Shown: positions 61,316 through 64,000 of the stretch, in pieces
Numbering within the stretch: the first letter of the stretch is position 1
Layout of the letters: the number at the start of each line of letters is the position of its first letter
NCBI GenBank assembly: GCA_012026655.1
Contig: JAAILG010001106.1
Location: forward strand, 1 to 64,000
Reading direction: 5' to 3'
DNA: 64,000 nucleotides
Origin: Hydrolagus affinis
Taxonomy: Eukaryota
Position numbers and translations under genes: made by a program
Notes under the pieces: model-generated
What the model was told of the DNA's origin: nothing
Database searches by the model: none
The model's input: only the letters and a program-made list of their open reading frames with translations

Positions 61316-61639
61316 TCGTAGCCTACTCCCTTGTCATAGAAGATGCATGAGAGTAGGCTGGCACTGCCAGTAGAGAAGTGCTTTATACATATCAGTTTTC
61401 AATTCCCAGAGTATTGCTCTTAAAATCCAGAGTTTAGTGCAGTGCAGCAATTGTAGAGCTTGCATGGAATGTAGGAAACGAAATCTCTTCGGAGAGTTAT
61501 GTCATTTTAGAATGTTAGATGTGACAACTGAAAGCAAACTGGCATCCAGTAAGATTTTATTTTAACAATGAATGATTGAATCTGCAACAATGACACATTG
61601 CAAATCACTTTACAGGAATTGCTGTCAAATCGTGTGCTT

Positions 61640-61860
61640 GTTTTGCAGCAAGACTCCCCAATCTGCCATGGAGTGAACAGACAACACATCTGGAGCAGTG
61701 TTGCCCAGGGTACTGGAAAAAGCTCTTGTCTTTTTCAATACTGCCATGAGATCTTAAACATTCATCTGAACACGTAGACAAGAACTTTGGTTTAACAAAC
61801 ATCAAAAGGATGGTACCTCTGGCAAAGCAGTGGACTCCTTTTGTTGTACATCAGCCTATG
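61640..61860 (-). mobile_element. Deu-domain SINE fragment
   Basis: TGCAGCAAGACTCCCA..GTTGCCCAGG..TTTTTCAATACTGCCATGAGATCTT..GGTTTAAC..AAAGGATGGTACCTCTG. Confidence 0.6.
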
Positions 61861-62009
61861 CCCTTTTGTTGAACAGAAACGTCAGCCTATGGGGACAGTA
61901 TTTTCCCCCAAAATTAGGAAAGATCTTGTAGGGAAACAAAGAAAATTATCTGATTAGATCATGATTGTGGAACTTTGCTGCACACAAATTATCATGGATG
62001 CACCCTCCA

Positions 62010-62592
62010 TTTTATCAAGCCAGTACAGAATATTGGTCTTTTATTTGACTCTCAAATGTCTTTTAAACCCTACATCCATGCCATGACCCATTCTGCTTTT
62101 CCCCACCTCTGCAACATTGCCCATTTCCACCACACTCTCCCTCATTCTCATCTGGCTTCGCTGGTTCCCCATCCCCCAGGGGATTGAGTTCATGATCTCT
62201 GTCCGCAAGTAATTTTGTTGTTGTTGTCATTTTTCAAAGCCCTCCATGGCCTTGCTTCTCCCTATCTCTGCGATCTTCAAAAACTTTATCAATCAGCCTG
62301 CTCTCTGGTCTCGGGGACCACTGGCCTGCTCCACAGCCCTTGTGTGATCTACCATTGGTGGTTGGGCCCCAACCTCTTGAACACCGTCCTGGAGCCACTT
62401 GCCGTTTTCAATATCCGTCTTCAAGACCTTCCTCTGCAACTTCAATCATCTTCCCACTCCCACATCCCTTGCCCTCCACCGCTGTTGATTCCAAACCCCA
62501 TCTTAGGGGCATACCCCCGACTTTCCAATGCCTTGGGATATCCTCCAGACATGATAGGATCTATATATAGTAAATGGAATTTGTTGCTGTTG
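62010..62592 (+). mobile_element. L2 3' fragment with deletions
   Basis: VQNIGLLFDSQMSFKPYI..HLCNIA; FKALHGLASPYLCDL; tail GCCTTGGGATATCCTCCAGACATGATAGG..TTGTTG. Confidence 0.85.
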
Positions 62593-63661
62593 ACTGAAAA
62601 ACATAATTTGCAGATTGTGAAACTAACACTATTTGTTTCTTCAACCACCCCTCTAATTTATGGGTGGCCCTTATTAGAATCCACCATAGTATAACCAATT
62701 AACGTTTAAGTAATTCAAATTAAGTTTCCAATGTGTATTCATTAAGGCAGCATTGTTCCTTGCTATATTCTGTGTCACATTCACACACCCGAAGATGAAT
62801 ACTACACACAAAGAAAATTAAGCGTAAATTTCTACTGACCACATGCATTGAAGCAATGCCTTTGTTGTTATAAATAAGCTTATCTTCATAGTCTAGCCTA
62901 AAGGATGTTGATTCTGTAATTGCCTCTAAACTCATATACCAATGCATGTTTTTAAAGGAGAAGTGCATGGTGGTATATCTTAAAGATATTTTTGTGAAAC
63001 TGGGTATTTGCCTTAGGCTGTCCAATTGTTTTCTTTAATTGGATTAAAAAAAACACTCCTTTGCATTTTGGGTGAAATCAACAGATTTTAACATTCTTTG
63101 CCCTAGGCAGGACGTGCAATGTAAGTTCATGTGGTTCTGCTGTTTGCAATCACAGCATTCAAATTATGCATAATTTAGTTACCATGGTTTCAGTCTGGGA
63201 TCACATAAAGTCAACTATAATTATTACCAATGAGGGAAGTTCTGCATTTACCTTGGGACAACGAACATGTGTTTATAACACACCAGAAAAGGGCCAGAAT
63301 TAGTAGGAAATTATTTAAGTATACTTTATTGTTTCCTTCAAAGGCATCTGGAAACATAATGAATGACAACAGGAACTGTTGCAAATGATCATCAGATTTA
63401 GCGATATTTTAAAATACAACCATAATGATATGGTACATTTCCAAATATCCAGTTAATCATTCTTTTGTCTATAAACATCCATGGGTACATTCACCCACAA
63501 AATACACCATCAATCCATTTAACAGTATATTCTTGAAGCCCTTTGAGAAGTTTCAAAGACTCTGCATCAAATACTAGGATTAGCATTATTCTCATCCATT
63601 TTTGATTGGAACACAATGGAACACAAATATTTCATGCCAAACTAAAAAACATTATTAACAT

Positions 63662-63930
63662 TAAACAAAAACAGAAGTTGCTGAGAACACTCAGCAGGTC
63701 AGGCATCATCTATGAAACTCCATAGTTCCAAAGTTCCTTTTACTTTTCTATTTTTGTTTCAGATTTGCCGCATTTGCAGTATTTTGTGTTTTGATTATAT
63801 TTAATTCACTGCCACTTCTCTTCTAGGAATGCTTACCTTGAAAAACTTTTGCTCTTCTATGCAACTATAATTCAACGTGACTTTTCTGTTTTTGTTTTAG
63901 ATTTCCAGCATCTGCAGTATTTTGTGTTTT
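63662..63930. mobile_element. Penelope-like inverted-repeat remnants
   Basis: AAACAAAAACAGAAGTTGCTGAGAACACTCAGCAGGTCAGGCATCATC, and two copies of TTTTGTTT(C/T)AGATTT.C.GCAT.TGCAGTATTTTGTGTTTTGA, matching the 9953 and 27151 elements. Confidence 0.75.
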
Positions 63931-64000
63931 GAAGACCATAAAATTAAATGATTTTAAACTTTAAACATTAAATAAATCATTTAGATTTCCATTCTATATT

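Overview
This is eukaryotic, AT-rich, repeat-dense non-coding DNA (intronic or intergenic) from a cartilaginous fish. A holocephalan (chimaera/elephant-shark type) is my best guess from recalled repeat families; this was not verified by search. No host protein-coding exon, true tRNA/rRNA gene or CRISPR array can be supported. Every long ORF with recognisable homology is decayed CR1, L2 or Tx1/L1 ORF2; the others are low-complexity or unrecognisable. The window holds many copies of a tRNA-headed SINE with an (ATT)n tail, older Deu-domain SINEs, L2 and CR1 3' fragments and one Tx1-type fragment. It also holds a complete hAT MITE with an 8-bp TSD (8153-8806), two complete and one partial Tigger/pogo MITEs, and Penelope-type inverted-repeat elements. 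The most notable items are a minimal hammerhead-ribozyme core (27397-27437), two nested palindrome clusters outside any recognisable TE (34026-34160, 47832-47940), a long internal palindrome upstream of a transposase start remnant, and a SINE body joined to two different L2 tails. I found no convincing evidence of a wholly new biological system. Boundaries of decayed repeats are approximate (tens of bp); TIR, TSD and hairpin coordinates were read base by base.
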